Assembly: GCA_018822365.1 (NCBI GenBank)
Contig: JAHJKL010000042.1
Coordinates: forward strand, 1,077-65,076
Direction of reading: 5' to 3'
DNA: 64,000 nucleotides
Source of the DNA: Candidatus Margulisiibacteriota bacterium
Lineage (GTDB): Bacteria > Margulisbacteria > WOR-1 > O2-12-FULL-45-9 > XYB2-FULL-48-7
The notes under the pieces were generated by a model. It made no database searches and had not been told where the DNA came from. It was given only the letters and a program-made list of their open reading frames with translations. The position numbers and the translations under genes are program-made. Shown piece after piece: positions 48,815 to 58,712 of this stretch. Every line of letters begins with the position of its first letter. Position 1 is the stretch's first letter.

Positions 48815-49540
48815 TTACAAACCTCCTGAAATAAATTTAGCTACTATCGGATTTTTTGAGTTTTTTGTCTCTTCCGTTGTCCCTATATCGATCAATTTCC
48901 CATCATTTAACATATAAACCCTGTTTGCAACCCGATAAACGGTTTGCAGCACATGGGTGACCAGGATCGACGTCGCCTTCAATTCGCGGGCTAATTTTAC
49001 CATTAAATTTTCGATCGTAACAGAAGTTATCGGATCAAGTCCGGTGGTCGGCTCATCATACAGGATGATCTTGGGATCAAAAGCCAGCGCCCGGGCGATG
49101 CATACCCGGCGCTGCATACCGCCGGACAACTCGGACGGCATAAGTTCGCCAACCCCATCCAGCTCAACCATTTTAAGCTTCTCCGCTACGATCTTTCGGA
49201 TCTGAGCCTCGCTCTTTTTAGTATGCTGGTGCAGGGCAAAAGCGACGTTTTCATAAACGTTCATGGAATCAAACAGCGCAGAGGTCTGGAAGATCATCCC
49301 GATCTTCTTGCGAAGTTCGATCAAGGCTTCTTCCGAAAGCCGGCCAACGTCTTGCCCGTCAACAACAATCGAACCGGAGGTCGGCTCGATCAGGCGGATG
49401 ATCAACCTCAAAAGGGTGCTTTTCCCGCAACCGGAAGGGCCGATGATCGCAACCGAAGATCCGTCCTCAATCATTAGGTCTGATGATTCGATGATCTTTA
49501 GTTTGCCAAAATATTTGGTTAGTTTGTTGAATTTTATCAT
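48815..49540 (-). CDS. mlaF: Mla-type ABC transporter ATP-binding protein
   Basis: GPSGCGKS, FQ..ALFDSM, PSELSGGM and YDEPTTGLDP. Confidence 0.9.
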   Translation of the reverse strand: MIKFNKLTKYFGKLKIIESSDLMIEDGSSVAIIGPSGCGKSTLLRLIIRLIEPTSGSIVVDGQDVGRLSEEALIELRKKIGMIFQTSALFDSMNVYENVAFALHQHTKKSEAQIRKIVAEKLKMVELDGVGELMPSELSGGMQRRVCIARALAFDPKIILYDEPTTGLDPITSVTIENLMVKLARELKATSILVTHVLQTVYRVANRVYMLNDGKLIDIGTTEETKNSKNPIVAKFISGGL

Positions 49541-50316
49541 TTAAAAAATAGCATCGAGAGAAAATAGTTCACGATAAAAAGGCTGATCAGGGTGATAACG
49601 ACCGCTGAGGTGGTCGCCTCCCCTACCCCCTTGGCCCCTCCTTTCGTGTTAAGCCCCCGGTAACAAGCAACAATAGAGATGATCATCCCAAAAACTGCGG
49701 TCTTCATTAATCCCCCGTAAAGATCCCACAATTTCGACAGGGTCTGCGCTGTCTCCATATATTCAACCGGATTTATCTTGCCAACGTAAATCGAAACTAC
49801 ATAACCGCCAAAAAAACCGGTGATGATCGTCAAAATGGTCAGCAAGGGGAGCATTACAGTCGTCGCTATAAACCGGGGGATGATCAGATAGCGGACCGGA
49901 CTTACTCCCAGGGCCTGCATAGCATCGATCTGCTCCGTAACCTTCATTGTCCCTATCTCGGCAGTGATCGACGCGGCGACCCGGGCCGCAACTACGATCC
50001 CGGTCACAGCCGGCCCAAGTTCCCGGGAAATGGCAACGCTCATCAACCCCCCCACGAACTTACCGGCTCCAAACTTTGTGAATTCGGCCGCTATCTGGAT
50101 AGCAAAGACCATCCCCACAAACGCCGAAGTGGTCAGGGCAAGAGGCAAAGAATCGAACCCAACTTTGACCATTTGATCGAGTGTCAGTTTAACGTCTATC
50201 TTTCCCTTAACAATGTCGCGCATGACCTTTCCGGTCAAACCAGAAAGTTCACCGATTATCTCTAAAAAACCGATCATCCTGTCTCCGACATTTTCCGTAA
50301 TTTTATTATATGGCAT
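49537..50316 (-). CDS. mlaE: MlaE family ABC permease
   Basis: RELGP, AEIGTMKVTEQIDA and GGAKGVGEATT.AVV. Confidence 0.92.
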   Translation of the reverse strand: MPYNKITENVGDRMIGFLEIIGELSGLTGKVMRDIVKGKIDVKLTLDQMVKVGFDSLPLALTTSAFVGMVFAIQIAAEFTKFGAGKFVGGLMSVAISRELGPAVTGIVVAARVAASITAEIGTMKVTEQIDAMQALGVSPVRYLIIPRFIATTVMLPLLTILTIITGFFGGYVVSIYVGKINPVEYMETAQTLSKLWDLYGGLMKTAVFGMIISIVACYRGLNTKGGAKGVGEATTSAVVITLISLFIVNYFLSMLFFK

Positions 50317-51118
50317 ATGGCAATTGTTCGATCACATCGGTCGCGATCAAACCATTTTCTCCTTTATCCTTTAAGGCAAGGTCGCCTGCCGCACCGTGCA
50401 CTCTGACCCCCAAGGTTGCCGCCGACCAGGCCGACAATCCCCGCGCTGCCAGGGCGCCGATCACTCCGGTCAAAACATCCCCCGTCCCGGCGGTCGCCAT
50501 TCCAGGATTGCCGGTCTTATTTTCATAAGTTTTGCCGTTGGGATCAGCGACAATGGTGCGATGTCCTTTCAGGACCAACACGCAATTATACTTATGGGCA
50601 AACCCGCTGGCAACTTCCAGGCGATGCCGCTGGATCTCTTCCACGCTTAATCCGCATAGCCGGGACATTTCACCGGGATGAGGAGTAAGGATCAGGTTCA
50701 AATCCAGCAAAGGTGGTTTTTCCGGCCGGCCGTTGAAAATAGCCAGCGCATCGGCGTCAATGATCACCGGAGAAGCGAATCGCTTCTTTGATAAATAGGA
50801 CAAGATCCCTTCGGCAATATGCCGTCTACCACCAAGGCCGGGGCCAATGGCAATAGAGGAAAACTCATAAGGGAGACGTTCATAGTCACTAACCCGATCG
50901 ATCCCGGCAGTAATAACTTCTGGGGTCGCGCAATTCACCTGATCCATAGAGCGGGAAGGAACGCCTAAGTAAACCAAGCCGGTGCCTGTTCGCATCGCGG
51001 CCCGGCTGCAGAGCAGGGCGGCGCCAAGCATCCCGGTGGAACCGGCCAGAATAAACAAGCGCCCAAAGTCACCTTTGTGAGAAGTAAGAGGTCGTTTATG
51101 AAGTTCAGCTTTCAACAT
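50306..51118 (-). CDS. nnrD: ADP-dependent NAD(P)H-hydrate dehydratase
   Basis: HKGDFG, IGPGLG, DADAL, TPHPGEM and ATAGTGDVL; start moved to MLKAEL. Confidence 0.92.
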   Translation of the reverse strand: MLKAELHKRPLTSHKGDFGRLFILAGSTGMLGAALLCSRAAMRTGTGLVYLGVPSRSMDQVNCATPEVITAGIDRVSDYERLPYEFSSIAIGPGLGGRRHIAEGILSYLSKKRFASPVIIDADALAIFNGRPEKPPLLDLNLILTPHPGEMSRLCGLSVEEIQRHRLEVASGFAHKYNCVLVLKGHRTIVADPNGKTYENKTGNPGMATAGTGDVLTGVIGALAARGLSAWSAATLGVRVHGAAGDLALKDKGENGLIATDVIEQLPYAI

Positions 51119-51476
51119 AGACCGACGCCACCGCGTAATCGCGGCTGTGCGAAAGGCTAACCTGAACATTGGCGAGGAGCTTTCCTTTAAACAAGATATG
51201 CGGCTTGCCGTCTTGATTATTACCGACCTCGATATCAAGCCAGCCAACACCCCGGTTGGGGCGGCCAAAACCTTTGATCCCGGTCCCAATCGCCTTGGAG
51301 TAAGCTTCTTTAGCGGCAAATCTAACCGCCAGTTCCGGGACCCGATAAACTTTTTGCCGGGTGCAGTATTTTATTTCGGACGTTGAAAAGACCCGACGCA
51401 GGAATTTTTCCCCATAGTTATCGACGGCGGCCCTGATCCGTCCGATCTCAATAATATCTATGCCTATCCCCTTCAT
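51105..51476 (-). CDS. acpS: Holo-ACP synthase
   Basis: GIGIDIIE, RFAAKEA.SKA.GTG and SLSHS. Confidence 0.95.
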   Translation of the reverse strand: MKGIGIDIIEIGRIRAAVDNYGEKFLRRVFSTSEIKYCTRQKVYRVPELAVRFAAKEAYSKAIGTGIKGFGRPNRGVGWLDIEVGNNQDGKPHILFKGKLLANVQVSLSHSRDYAVASVYVES

Positions 51477-51480
51477 AGTT

Positions 51481-52395
51481 TTAATAAACCGGCGTACTCC
51501 AGGAAGCATATTTGGGATTATCGCCGCGAGCCGCCTTAAAATATATATCCTGGATCTTTTTGGTGGTCGGGCCGACTTTCCCGTCCTTGATCACCGTACC
51601 ATCAACTTCCGCGATCGGCGAAACCTGGGCGCCAGTCCCGCAAAAAAACAGTTCATCAGCGGTATAAAGCTCGGACTGCTGGATCTGCCGCTCAATTGTC
51701 TTGAGGCCAAGCTCCTGTTCGGCCAGTTCCATGATACAAAGACGGGTGATCCCCGGCAGGATCGTCTCTGATACCGGAGGAGTGATCAGCTGGCCGTTCT
51801 TGACCATGAACAGGTTCTCCCCCGATCCTTCAGCGACAGTTTTTTCGTGAGACAGCAGGATCGCTTCATCGTATCCCTTTTCCAGCGCTTCCGCCTTGGC
51901 CAATGAAGAGTTGAAATATGACCCGGTCATTTTAGCCCCTTGAGGAGCCGACCTGGCCGAGATCCGCCACCAGGAAGAAACGCAAACCCTGATCCCTTTA
52001 TTAATATCCAAATAATTGCCGAACGGAGCCATAAACATGCAAAAGTCATCTTCAATACCGATCAAGCCTAACCCGATTTTTGCCTGCGATTTGTAATAGA
52101 TCGGCCGGAAATAAACGTCTTCTTTATAGCCGTTCTTCCTGGCCAATTCCAGGGTGATCTTACACAACTCATCGATCGAATACTTCATTTCAGCCTTCAA
52201 GCCAAGGTTAGTCGAGCGCTGCAGCCGTTCATAATGCTCCTTCAGTTTAACCACGAACATTTGGCTTTTATCAGCGTTCCAGTACCCTCTGATACCTTCA
52301 AATACACCTGTTCCGTAATTAAAAGCGTGGGTCATAATGGAGATATTAGCCTGTTCAAACGGTACGATCTTTCCCTTAAAAAACGCGTATTTCAT
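51481..52395 (-). CDS. ilvE: Branched-chain amino acid aminotransferase
   Basis: YGTGVFEGIR, EGSGEN.F, LPGITR and ADELFFCGT. Confidence 0.95.
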   Translation of the reverse strand: MKYAFFKGKIVPFEQANISIMTHAFNYGTGVFEGIRGYWNADKSQMFVVKLKEHYERLQRSTNLGLKAEMKYSIDELCKITLELARKNGYKEDVYFRPIYYKSQAKIGLGLIGIEDDFCMFMAPFGNYLDINKGIRVCVSSWWRISARSAPQGAKMTGSYFNSSLAKAEALEKGYDEAILLSHEKTVAEGSGENLFMVKNGQLITPPVSETILPGITRLCIMELAEQELGLKTIERQIQQSELYTADELFFCGTGAQVSPIAEVDGTVIKDGKVGPTTKKIQDIYFKAARGDNPKYASWSTPVY

Positions 52396-52409
52396 GTAAA
52401 CCCTCTCTT

Positions 52410-53969
52410 CTACATAGATTCCGGAGCCGTTATTCCCAATAAGTTTAACACATTGCGTAGAGTAATTCGAGTTGCCCCCACCAGGTACTCACGCGAGGGA
52501 TTTCCCAAAACTTTGCATTGTTCGTAAAAAGAATGAAAAAGGGCCGCCAACTCTTTGCCGTATTCACAGATCCGATGAGGATGGCGAAGCTGGGCGGCGT
52601 CATAAACAACTTCAGGAAACCGGATCAGCTTCATGATCAGATTCCGTTCCGCCGGCGTACTTAACTCACTGATCTTTAACTCTTTGATCCCTTGATCACT
52701 TGATCCCTCTCCCTTTCTTAATATTCCGCAAATCCTGGCATGCCCGTATTGCAAATAGAAAACCGGGTTATCGCTTGAGCGTTTTTTTGCCAGCTCCAGG
52801 TCAAAATCAAGATGCGAATTCACGTCGGTCGCGGCAAAGAAAAAGCGGGTCGCGTCCGCCCCGATCTCTTCGACCACCTCTTTCAGCGCCACCATCTCGC
52901 CGGTCCGCTTGCTCATTCTGACCTGTTCGTCGCCGCGGTAGAGGGCGACCAGCTGGCCGATTATAATTTCCAATTTTTCGGCGGGGAGCCCGATCGCCTT
53001 GAGGGCCGCTTTCAAGCGCTGGACATAACCGTGATGGTCGGTTCCCCAAATATCGATCATCAAGTCATACCCGCGGTTAAATTTATTCAGATGATACGCG
53101 ATATCGGCGGCAAAATAGGTCGGCTTCCCGTCTTCCCTGACCAGGACCCGGTTTTTATCGTCGCCGTGTTCCTGGGACTTGAACCAGATCGCCCCCCCTT
53201 CTTCAAAGGTCTGGTGTTTATTCTTTAACTGGTCAACCGCTCCCATAACCAGATTCTGATCGTGCAGTTCGTTCTCGAAGAAAAAACGGTCAAAAACTAC
53301 GCCAACGGAAGACAAAACCTGTTTCTGTTCTTCCAGGTTGCAGGCAAGCATTTCACCGATTGTTTCCCCTTTGATCTCTTTAACATAAGCTCCGCCGTAG
53401 CCGTTTTCCGGTGTCGGTTGGCCGCTCCTGGCGGCGAGAACCGAAGCGTAGAGTTTTTCCACCTGATTGCCGACATTATTGACGTAAAATTCTTTTTCCA
53501 CCCGATAGCCGACTGCTTCAAAAAGCCGCGCCAAACAGTCGCCAAAGACCGCCCAGCGGCCATGACCAACATGGAGCGGTCCGGTTGGGTTGGCGGAAAC
53601 ATATTCCAGAAGGACGGAACGATCAGCATAAAGCGCGGATCTTCCCCAGGCCTGATCAAGCGGAATGACCTCTTTTAGTCGCTGCTCTATTGTCCGGTCG
53701 GATAGAAAAAAATTAATAAACCCGGGCGGGGCGATCTCAATTTTGACAAAATGACCGCCCTGGTCAAGTTTTTCCATCTCAGCCACAAGTTCTTTGGCAA
53801 TTTGCAACGGTGGCTTTTTTAATGCCTTGGCGTTGACGATCGCCGCATTCGTGGCATAATCACCAAGCTCCCGTCGAGGCGGGACCTCGACCTTGTACAA
53901 GACCGGCTCATTAACACCAAGGAGGCCAAAGGCCCCCCTGATCTGTGATTCTATTACCGAACGAAGCAT
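52410..53969 (-). CDS. argS: Arginine--tRNA ligase
   Basis: SANPTGPLHVGHGR, MSKRTG, NPVFYLQYGHAR and APESM. Confidence 0.97.
   Translation of the reverse strand: MLRSVIESQIRGAFGLLGVNEPVLYKVEVPPRRELGDYATNAAIVNAKALKKPPLQIAKELVAEMEKLDQGGHFVKIEIAPPGFINFFLSDRTIEQRLKEVIPLDQAWGRSALYADRSVLLEYVSANPTGPLHVGHGRWAVFGDCLARLFEAVGYRVEKEFYVNNVGNQVEKLYASVLAARSGQPTPENGYGGAYVKEIKGETIGEMLACNLEEQKQVLSSVGVVFDRFFFENELHDQNLVMGAVDQLKNKHQTFEEGGAIWFKSQEHGDDKNRVLVREDGKPTYFAADIAYHLNKFNRGYDLMIDIWGTDHHGYVQRLKAALKAIGLPAEKLEIIIGQLVALYRGDEQVRMSKRTGEMVALKEVVEEIGADATRFFFAATDVNSHLDFDLELAKKRSSDNPVFYLQYGHARICGILRKGEGSSDQGIKELKISELSTPAERNLIMKLIRFPEVVYDAAQLRHPHRICEYGKELAALFHSFYEQCKVLGNPSREYLVGATRITLRNVLNLLGITAPESM
52661..52713. repeat. 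Short ~8-nt periodic repeat (TTGATCCC/TTGATCAC) in an ArgS linker
   Basis: TTGATCCC TTGATCAC TTGATCCC preceded by TTAACTC units. Confidence 0.6.
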
Positions 53970-53986
53970 GCTACCTCTTTCTCGGA

Positions 53987-54008
53987 AACCAAGACTAAAC
54001 GTCTCGGT
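53987..54008. repeat. Family-A hairpin AACCAAGAC-TAAAC-GTCTCGGT upstream of argS
   Basis: Same architecture as the copy at 34788-34810. Confidence 0.7.
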
Positions 54009-54032
54009 CGTCTATTCGCGCGTTTCCAATAA

Positions 54033-54212
54033 TTATGATTTATTTTCGTTTAAATTCTTCTTTATCTCGTCAAACTTTTCTTTCCCTTTTTCCAGCGACT
54101 CTTTCAGCTTGGCCCTGGTTTCCTCACCTTTACCAGGAGCAAAGATCAGGCCACCGATCGCACCCAATAAGCCGCCAACAGCAAACACCTTGAACAACCT
54201 TTTAATTCCCAT
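54033..54212 (-). CDS. YtxH-domain small protein (59 aa; not in the ORF track)
   Basis: GGAGG RBS; VGGLLGAIGGLIFAPGKGEETRAKL. Confidence 0.85.
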   Translation of the reverse strand: MGIKRLFKVFAVGGLLGAIGGLIFAPGKGEETRAKLKESLEKGKEKFDEIKKNLNENKS

Positions 54213-54213
54213 T

Positions 54214-54504
54214 TCAATCCTCCTTCTTTTCTTTTAGAAAAACGTTCAACCCTTTGCGCAATCCGCCGACAAAAGCGGCGATCGTCGTGTTCTTGCTCCA
54301 CTTCTTTTTTGAACCGCCAAAGGAGTTGAAGATCATGGTCACCGCGTCCAGCAACGAGGCGATCGCCAGAACCTTTTCCCTGATCTCGGCGCTCATTTTG
54401 CGGACGTCGGTCAAGATCAAGATCCCCTGAATGACCGCGACCGTCAGGGCCAGAAGGAGCAGAACCCCGGAAAAGATCAGAACGTTTATTAAAATGTCAT
54501 GCAT
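54214..54504 (-). CDS. Small membrane protein
   Basis: GGAGG RBS; N-terminal TM; lies between two YtxH-like genes. Confidence 0.7.
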   Translation of the reverse strand: MHDILINVLIFSGVLLLLALTVAVIQGILILTDVRKMSAEIREKVLAIASLLDAVTMIFNSFGGSKKKWSKNTTIAAFVGGLRKGLNVFLKEKKED

Positions 54505-54507
54505 TTT

Positions 54508-54738
54508 TTATCCTCCTTCAAGCTCTTCTTCGATCTTTTCCGCCTCTTCCAAACCAACGCAAAAAGCTTCGGCGAACCGGTCAAGAACTTCTCCCAGATT
54601 AAACTCATGGATCTTTTTTTTGATCGTCCCCCTGGTTTTTTCGCTGATCGAGGGAGAGATCATCAACCCCAGCACCCCGCCGATCAAACCGCCGGCCAAC
54701 AAACCGACCAGCAGCGTATTATCTTCTTGTTCGGGCAT
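54508..54738 (-). CDS. YtxH-domain protein
   Basis: GLLAGGLIGGVLGLMISP...KTR; start moved to MPEQED. Confidence 0.8.
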   Translation of the reverse strand: MPEQEDNTLLVGLLAGGLIGGVLGLMISPSISEKTRGTIKKKIHEFNLGEVLDRFAEAFCVGLEEAEKIEEELEGG

Positions 54739-54739
54739 T

Positions 54740-55624
54740 TTATCTCCCTTTAAGGCCTGCCTGCCGATAGGCGGGGTACGAACCAAGCAACTTAAAGAAC
54801 GAAGTTTTTCTTCTTAAATTTTTCAAAACGACCTGAACATCAAGATCTGTCCGGTGTCCCTGCATATCGGCAAAAAAGTAATAATCTCCCAACGATTTCT
54901 TTGAAGGACGGGATTCGATTTTGGTAAGATTGATGTCTTTATCCGCGATCTCCGCCAGGACATCATGCAAACCGCCCGGCCGGTCCTTGGCGATTGAAAA
55001 CACGATCGAGGTCTTGTCTTTGCCGGTCCGGGGGTGATCTGATCCAGCCAGGACCACAAAACGGGTCTGGTTGTCTTTCGCGTTGATCTGTGAGGCGATA
55101 ATATTCAAATTGTAAAGTTTGGCCGAGGCCTTGGTCCCGATCGCGGCAAAAACGTGCCCTTTGACCTTGCCGTGGGCAATGATCTTTTCGCCTAAAGAGA
55201 TCGCCACCTGACGGACCGCGTCAGCTGAACTATAGGCGAGATGCAGTTTAGCGTGTGGAAGGTTTTTCTTCAGAAAATCCCGGGATTGGTCCAGCACGGG
55301 CGGGTTGGAGATAACATCGGTCACTTCTTTGAGCCGTATCCCTTTTTGGGCGATCAGGTAATGGTAGATAGGCAGGACAAATTCCTGCTTGATCTTCAGA
55401 TCGACATCTTTGACCAGCATATCGGTCACGATCCCGATCGTCCCTTCTATCGAGTTCTCGATCGGCAGGACCGCTTCATCGATCATTTTTTTATTAACGG
55501 CGGTTATCAGATCAAAAAATGTAGAGTAAGGAATGATATCGGCTTTTTGCTTAAGTTTTTTGACGTATAAAAACCCGGCCTCTTCGCTATTGGTCCCTTC
55601 AGGACCGAGGTACCCTACTTTCAT
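54740..55624 (-). CDS. pheA: Prephenate dehydratase with ACT domain
   Basis: [32 protein letters not shown] and LLGSYP. Confidence 0.95.
   Translation of the reverse strand: MKVGYLGPEGTNSEEAGFLYVKKLKQKADIIPYSTFFDLITAVNKKMIDEAVLPIENSIEGTIGIVTDMLVKDVDLKIKQEFVLPIYHYLIAQKGIRLKEVTDVISNPPVLDQSRDFLKKNLPHAKLHLAYSSADAVRQVAISLGEKIIAHGKVKGHVFAAIGTKASAKLYNLNIIASQINAKDNQTRFVVLAGSDHPRTGKDKTSIVFSIAKDRPGGLHDVLAEIADKDINLTKIESRPSKKSLGDYYFFADMQGHRTDLDVQVVLKNLRRKTSFFKLLGSYPAYRQAGLKGR
54756..54775. repeat. CCTGCCTGCCGATAGGCGGG short palindrome within the pheA 3' end
   Basis: Imperfect hairpin encoding PAYRQAG after the conserved LGSY. Confidence 0.6.
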
Positions 55625-56057
55625 GTCTTACAACCTCCAGCTTTGATTCTTTCAGCATTTCGCTCGCCAGGGCGTCGGGATAACCGCCTTCATAAACCAG
55701 CTTGACCAGCCCGGCATTAATGATCATTTTAACACAGATGACACAGGGCTGAAAGGTACAATAGAGGGTCCCGCCTTCAATTTTCACGCCGTGCCAGGCG
55801 GCCTGGATGATAGCGTTTTGTTCGGCATGCAGGCCTCGGCAAAGTTCATGCCGCTGGCCGGAAGGAATGTCCATCTGTTTGCGGATGCAGGTTTCGTTGG
55901 TGCAATGCTTAAAACCGCGAGGAGTGCCATTATAACCGGTAGCTAAGATCCGCTTCTCTTTTACAATGATCGCGCCGACGCTCCGTTTAACACAGGTTGC
56001 CCGCTCACTGACATCATGAGCGATCTTCATGAAATAATCGTCCCAGCCTGGCCTCAT
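55599..56057 (-). CDS. dCMP deaminase / ComEB family
   Basis: RP.WD.YFM, TGYNG, HAEQNA and PCVIC. Confidence 0.93.
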   Translation of the reverse strand: MRPGWDDYFMKIAHDVSERATCVKRSVGAIIVKEKRILATGYNGTPRGFKHCTNETCIRKQMDIPSGQRHELCRGLHAEQNAIIQAAWHGVKIEGGTLYCTFQPCVICVKMIINAGLVKLVYEGGYPDALASEMLKESKLEVVRHESRVPRS

Positions 56058-57001
56058 TTTTTCCTTTTAAGCACGGCACGAGCCGCTTTGATTATTTCTT
56101 CGGCAGTCAAACCATATTTGACCAGTAGTTCGTCTGGTTTGCCAGATTCGCCAAAAACGTCCTTCAGTCCAACCCTGACCATTGGGACAACACAATTTTC
56201 GACCAGTACTTCGGCCACCGCCCCGCCGAGGCCTCCAAGGATCGAATGTTCTTCAACGGTCAGCGCCGCCCCGGTCCGTTTAACCGAATCAACGATCAAC
56301 TTTTTATCGAGCGGTTTGATGGTGTGCAGGTTAACAACTTCGGCCTCGATCCCTTTTTTCGCAAGTTCGGCCGCCGCATCCAGCGCGGTCGCGACCATAA
56401 TGCCGCAGGAAAAGATCGTGAGGTCTCTGCCAGGGCGCAAAACAACGCCACGGCCAAGTTGAAATTTATAGTTTTCAGCGTTGATGATCTTGGTTTTAGG
56501 CCGGCTTAAGCGGATGTACATGGGGCCGTGGAACTCCGCCGCCGCGCGGATCACCTTTTCGGTCTCAACCGAATCGGACGGGACAACGACCGTCATGTTC
56601 GGAATGACCCGCATGATGGCGATATCTTCGTTCGCCTGGTGGGAAGCGCCGTCTTCGCCGGTCACAATACCGGCGTGAGTCACCACTATTTTTACATTGG
56701 CTCGGGTATATGCAACAGATACCCGGACCTGGTCCCAGGCGCGTCCGGAACCAAAAACCGCAAAAGTGGAGGCAAAAGCGATCTTGCCGCAGGCGGCCAA
56801 TCCGGCCGCGGTGCCGATCATATCCTGTTCCGCTACCCCCATATTAAAGAAACGATCGGGAAACAGCTTGCCAAATTCAGCCGTTTTGGTCGAAGCGGAA
56901 AGATCGGCGTCCAAAACGACAATGTTCGGGTTTTCTTTCCCCAGTTGAGCCAAAGCTTTTCCGTAAGCGTCACGCGTCGCGGCTAATTTAACCTCGCTCA
57001 T
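56054..57001 (-). CDS. Transketolase, C-terminal subunit
   Basis: [20 protein letters not shown] and EEHS..GGLG. Confidence 0.93.
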   Translation of the reverse strand: MSEVKLAATRDAYGKALAQLGKENPNIVVLDADLSASTKTAEFGKLFPDRFFNMGVAEQDMIGTAAGLAACGKIAFASTFAVFGSGRAWDQVRVSVAYTRANVKIVVTHAGIVTGEDGASHQANEDIAIMRVIPNMTVVVPSDSVETEKVIRAAAEFHGPMYIRLSRPKTKIINAENYKFQLGRGVVLRPGRDLTIFSCGIMVATALDAAAELAKKGIEAEVVNLHTIKPLDKKLIVDSVKRTGAALTVEEHSILGGLGGAVAEVLVENCVVPMVRVGLKDVFGESGKPDELLVKYGLTAEEIIKAARAVLKRKK

Positions 57002-57840
57002 AACTCAATATCCTTTATTTTGCAAAGTTCACACAGGGCCTGCTTCTCCTGTTCGGGGGTCGGAGGGGAACCATGGAAACTAAGAGGGGCCGCCTCCATA
57101 AAGCTGACCCCCTTGCCTTTGATCGTGTCCGCGATAATTACCGTCGGTTTACCTTTTGTTTTTTGGGCGCTGTCGATCGCGGCGATCAACGCTTTAATGG
57201 AATGCCCGTCGCATCGGACAACATGCCAGCCGAAAGCTTTCCACTTATCCTCAAATGGGTTAAGGGTTTTAACATCCTCAATCTTCCCGTCGATCTGGTA
57301 TTTGTTATGATCAACGATCGCCGTCAAATTGTCGATCTTCCGGTGGCCGGAGGTCATGGCCGCTTCCCAAATCTGCCCCTCCTGGCATTCGCCGTCGCCA
57401 AGCAAACAAAAAACATGATAATCTTTTTTGTCGAGCCGGCCGGCCAGCGCCATTCCGTTGGCGGCAGAAAGCCCCTGCCCAAGCGAACCGGTCGACATTT
57501 CTATGCCGGGGAGAGAAAGCATATCAATATGACCCTGAAGCGAACTCCCCATCTGGCGCAAAGTCTTCAAATATTTGGCTGGGAAATAACCAGCTTCCGC
57601 CAGCGCCGAATATAAAATAGGCGCGGCGTGCCCTTTGCTCATCACAAACCGGTCGCGATCGACCCAGCCTGGATCTTTGGGTCTGTGGCGCAAGGTATGA
57701 AAATAAAGCACGGTGATAATGTCGGCCGCGGAAAGCGAACCGCCCGGATGTCCGGAAGCGGCGGCGCAGGTCATCGCGATGACGTGTTGTCGTAATTTTG
57801 ACGCTATTTCCTGGAGTTTTTTGATTTCATCGCCGCTCAT
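56998..57840 (-). CDS. Transketolase, N-terminal subunit
   Basis: SGHPGGSLS, DRFVMSKGH, TGSLGQG and GDGE..EGQ.WEA. Confidence 0.93.
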   Translation of the reverse strand: MSGDEIKKLQEIASKLRQHVIAMTCAAASGHPGGSLSAADIITVLYFHTLRHRPKDPGWVDRDRFVMSKGHAAPILYSALAEAGYFPAKYLKTLRQMGSSLQGHIDMLSLPGIEMSTGSLGQGLSAANGMALAGRLDKKDYHVFCLLGDGECQEGQIWEAAMTSGHRKIDNLTAIVDHNKYQIDGKIEDVKTLNPFEDKWKAFGWHVVRCDGHSIKALIAAIDSAQKTKGKPTVIIADTIKGKGVSFMEAAPLSFHGSPPTPEQEKQALCELCKIKDIEL

Positions 57841-57844
57841 TTGG

Positions 57845-58708
57845 TTATTCTACCATAAGTTTAATCTCGGGCTCAAGGTTGACCTTATACTTTGCTTTAA
57901 CGATCTTTTGCAGGCTGGTCATCAGCTTCAGAACATCACGGCTCGACGCTTCACCAAGATTGACTATAAAGTTGGCGTGTTTTTCAGATACCTGGGCATC
58001 GCCGCAGCGCAACCCCTTCCCCCCCGCGTCCTGCACCAGCTTTCCGGCGGTCCTTTTTGGCGGATTTTTAAAAACGCTGCCGGCATTCGGGATGCCGAGG
58101 GGTTGTTTCAACTTCCTTTGCGCCAAATAGTCATTGATCTTTTGACGCATCGATTTGGTCTGGCCGTTTTTTAGCTTAAAAGCAGCTTCTACAACAATTA
58201 AACTCCGTTTTTCGATCACGCTTTTTCGATAGCCAAAACCCAGCTCTTTTCCGGTCAGAACAAATTCTTCCCCATTTTTATCAAGCACCTTTACATGATC
58301 AATAAAGCCGGAGAGCTCTTTACCCCACGCCCCCGCATTCATGACGACAGCGCCTCCAACTGTCCCCGGTATCCCGGCCAAAAATTCCAAACCAGTCAGG
58401 CGGCATTTAAGGGCAACCTGGACCAAATGGGGCAAATATACACCGGCTTCGGCAAATAATAAATTATCTTTAAAATATATCCTTTTTAATCCCGTAGCCA
58501 GCTTGATAACCAGTCCCCGAAAACCCTTATCCAGGGCCAGGACATTGGTCCCCGCGCCAAGGATAGTGTATTTTATTTTCTTCTCCCGCGCGTATTGGAT
58601 CGCTTCGGCCAGCTCAGCCTGGTTCTTTGGCACGCAAAACAACCTGGCGGGCCCGCCTATTCGAAACGACGTATGTTTTTTCAATGGTTCGTTCTTGCTA
58701 TACTTCAT
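57845..58708 (-). CDS. murB: UDP-N-acetylmuramate dehydrogenase
   Basis: HTSFRIGGPA, GIPGTVGGA..MNAGA, AGSVFKNP and HANF. Confidence 0.96.
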   Translation of the reverse strand: MKYSKNEPLKKHTSFRIGGPARLFCVPKNQAELAEAIQYAREKKIKYTILGAGTNVLALDKGFRGLVIKLATGLKRIYFKDNLLFAEAGVYLPHLVQVALKCRLTGLEFLAGIPGTVGGAVVMNAGAWGKELSGFIDHVKVLDKNGEEFVLTGKELGFGYRKSVIEKRSLIVVEAAFKLKNGQTKSMRQKINDYLAQRKLKQPLGIPNAGSVFKNPPKRTAGKLVQDAGGKGLRCGDAQVSEKHANFIVNLGEASSRDVLKLMTSLQKIVKAKYKVNLEPEIKLMVE

Positions 58709-58712
58709 TAAA

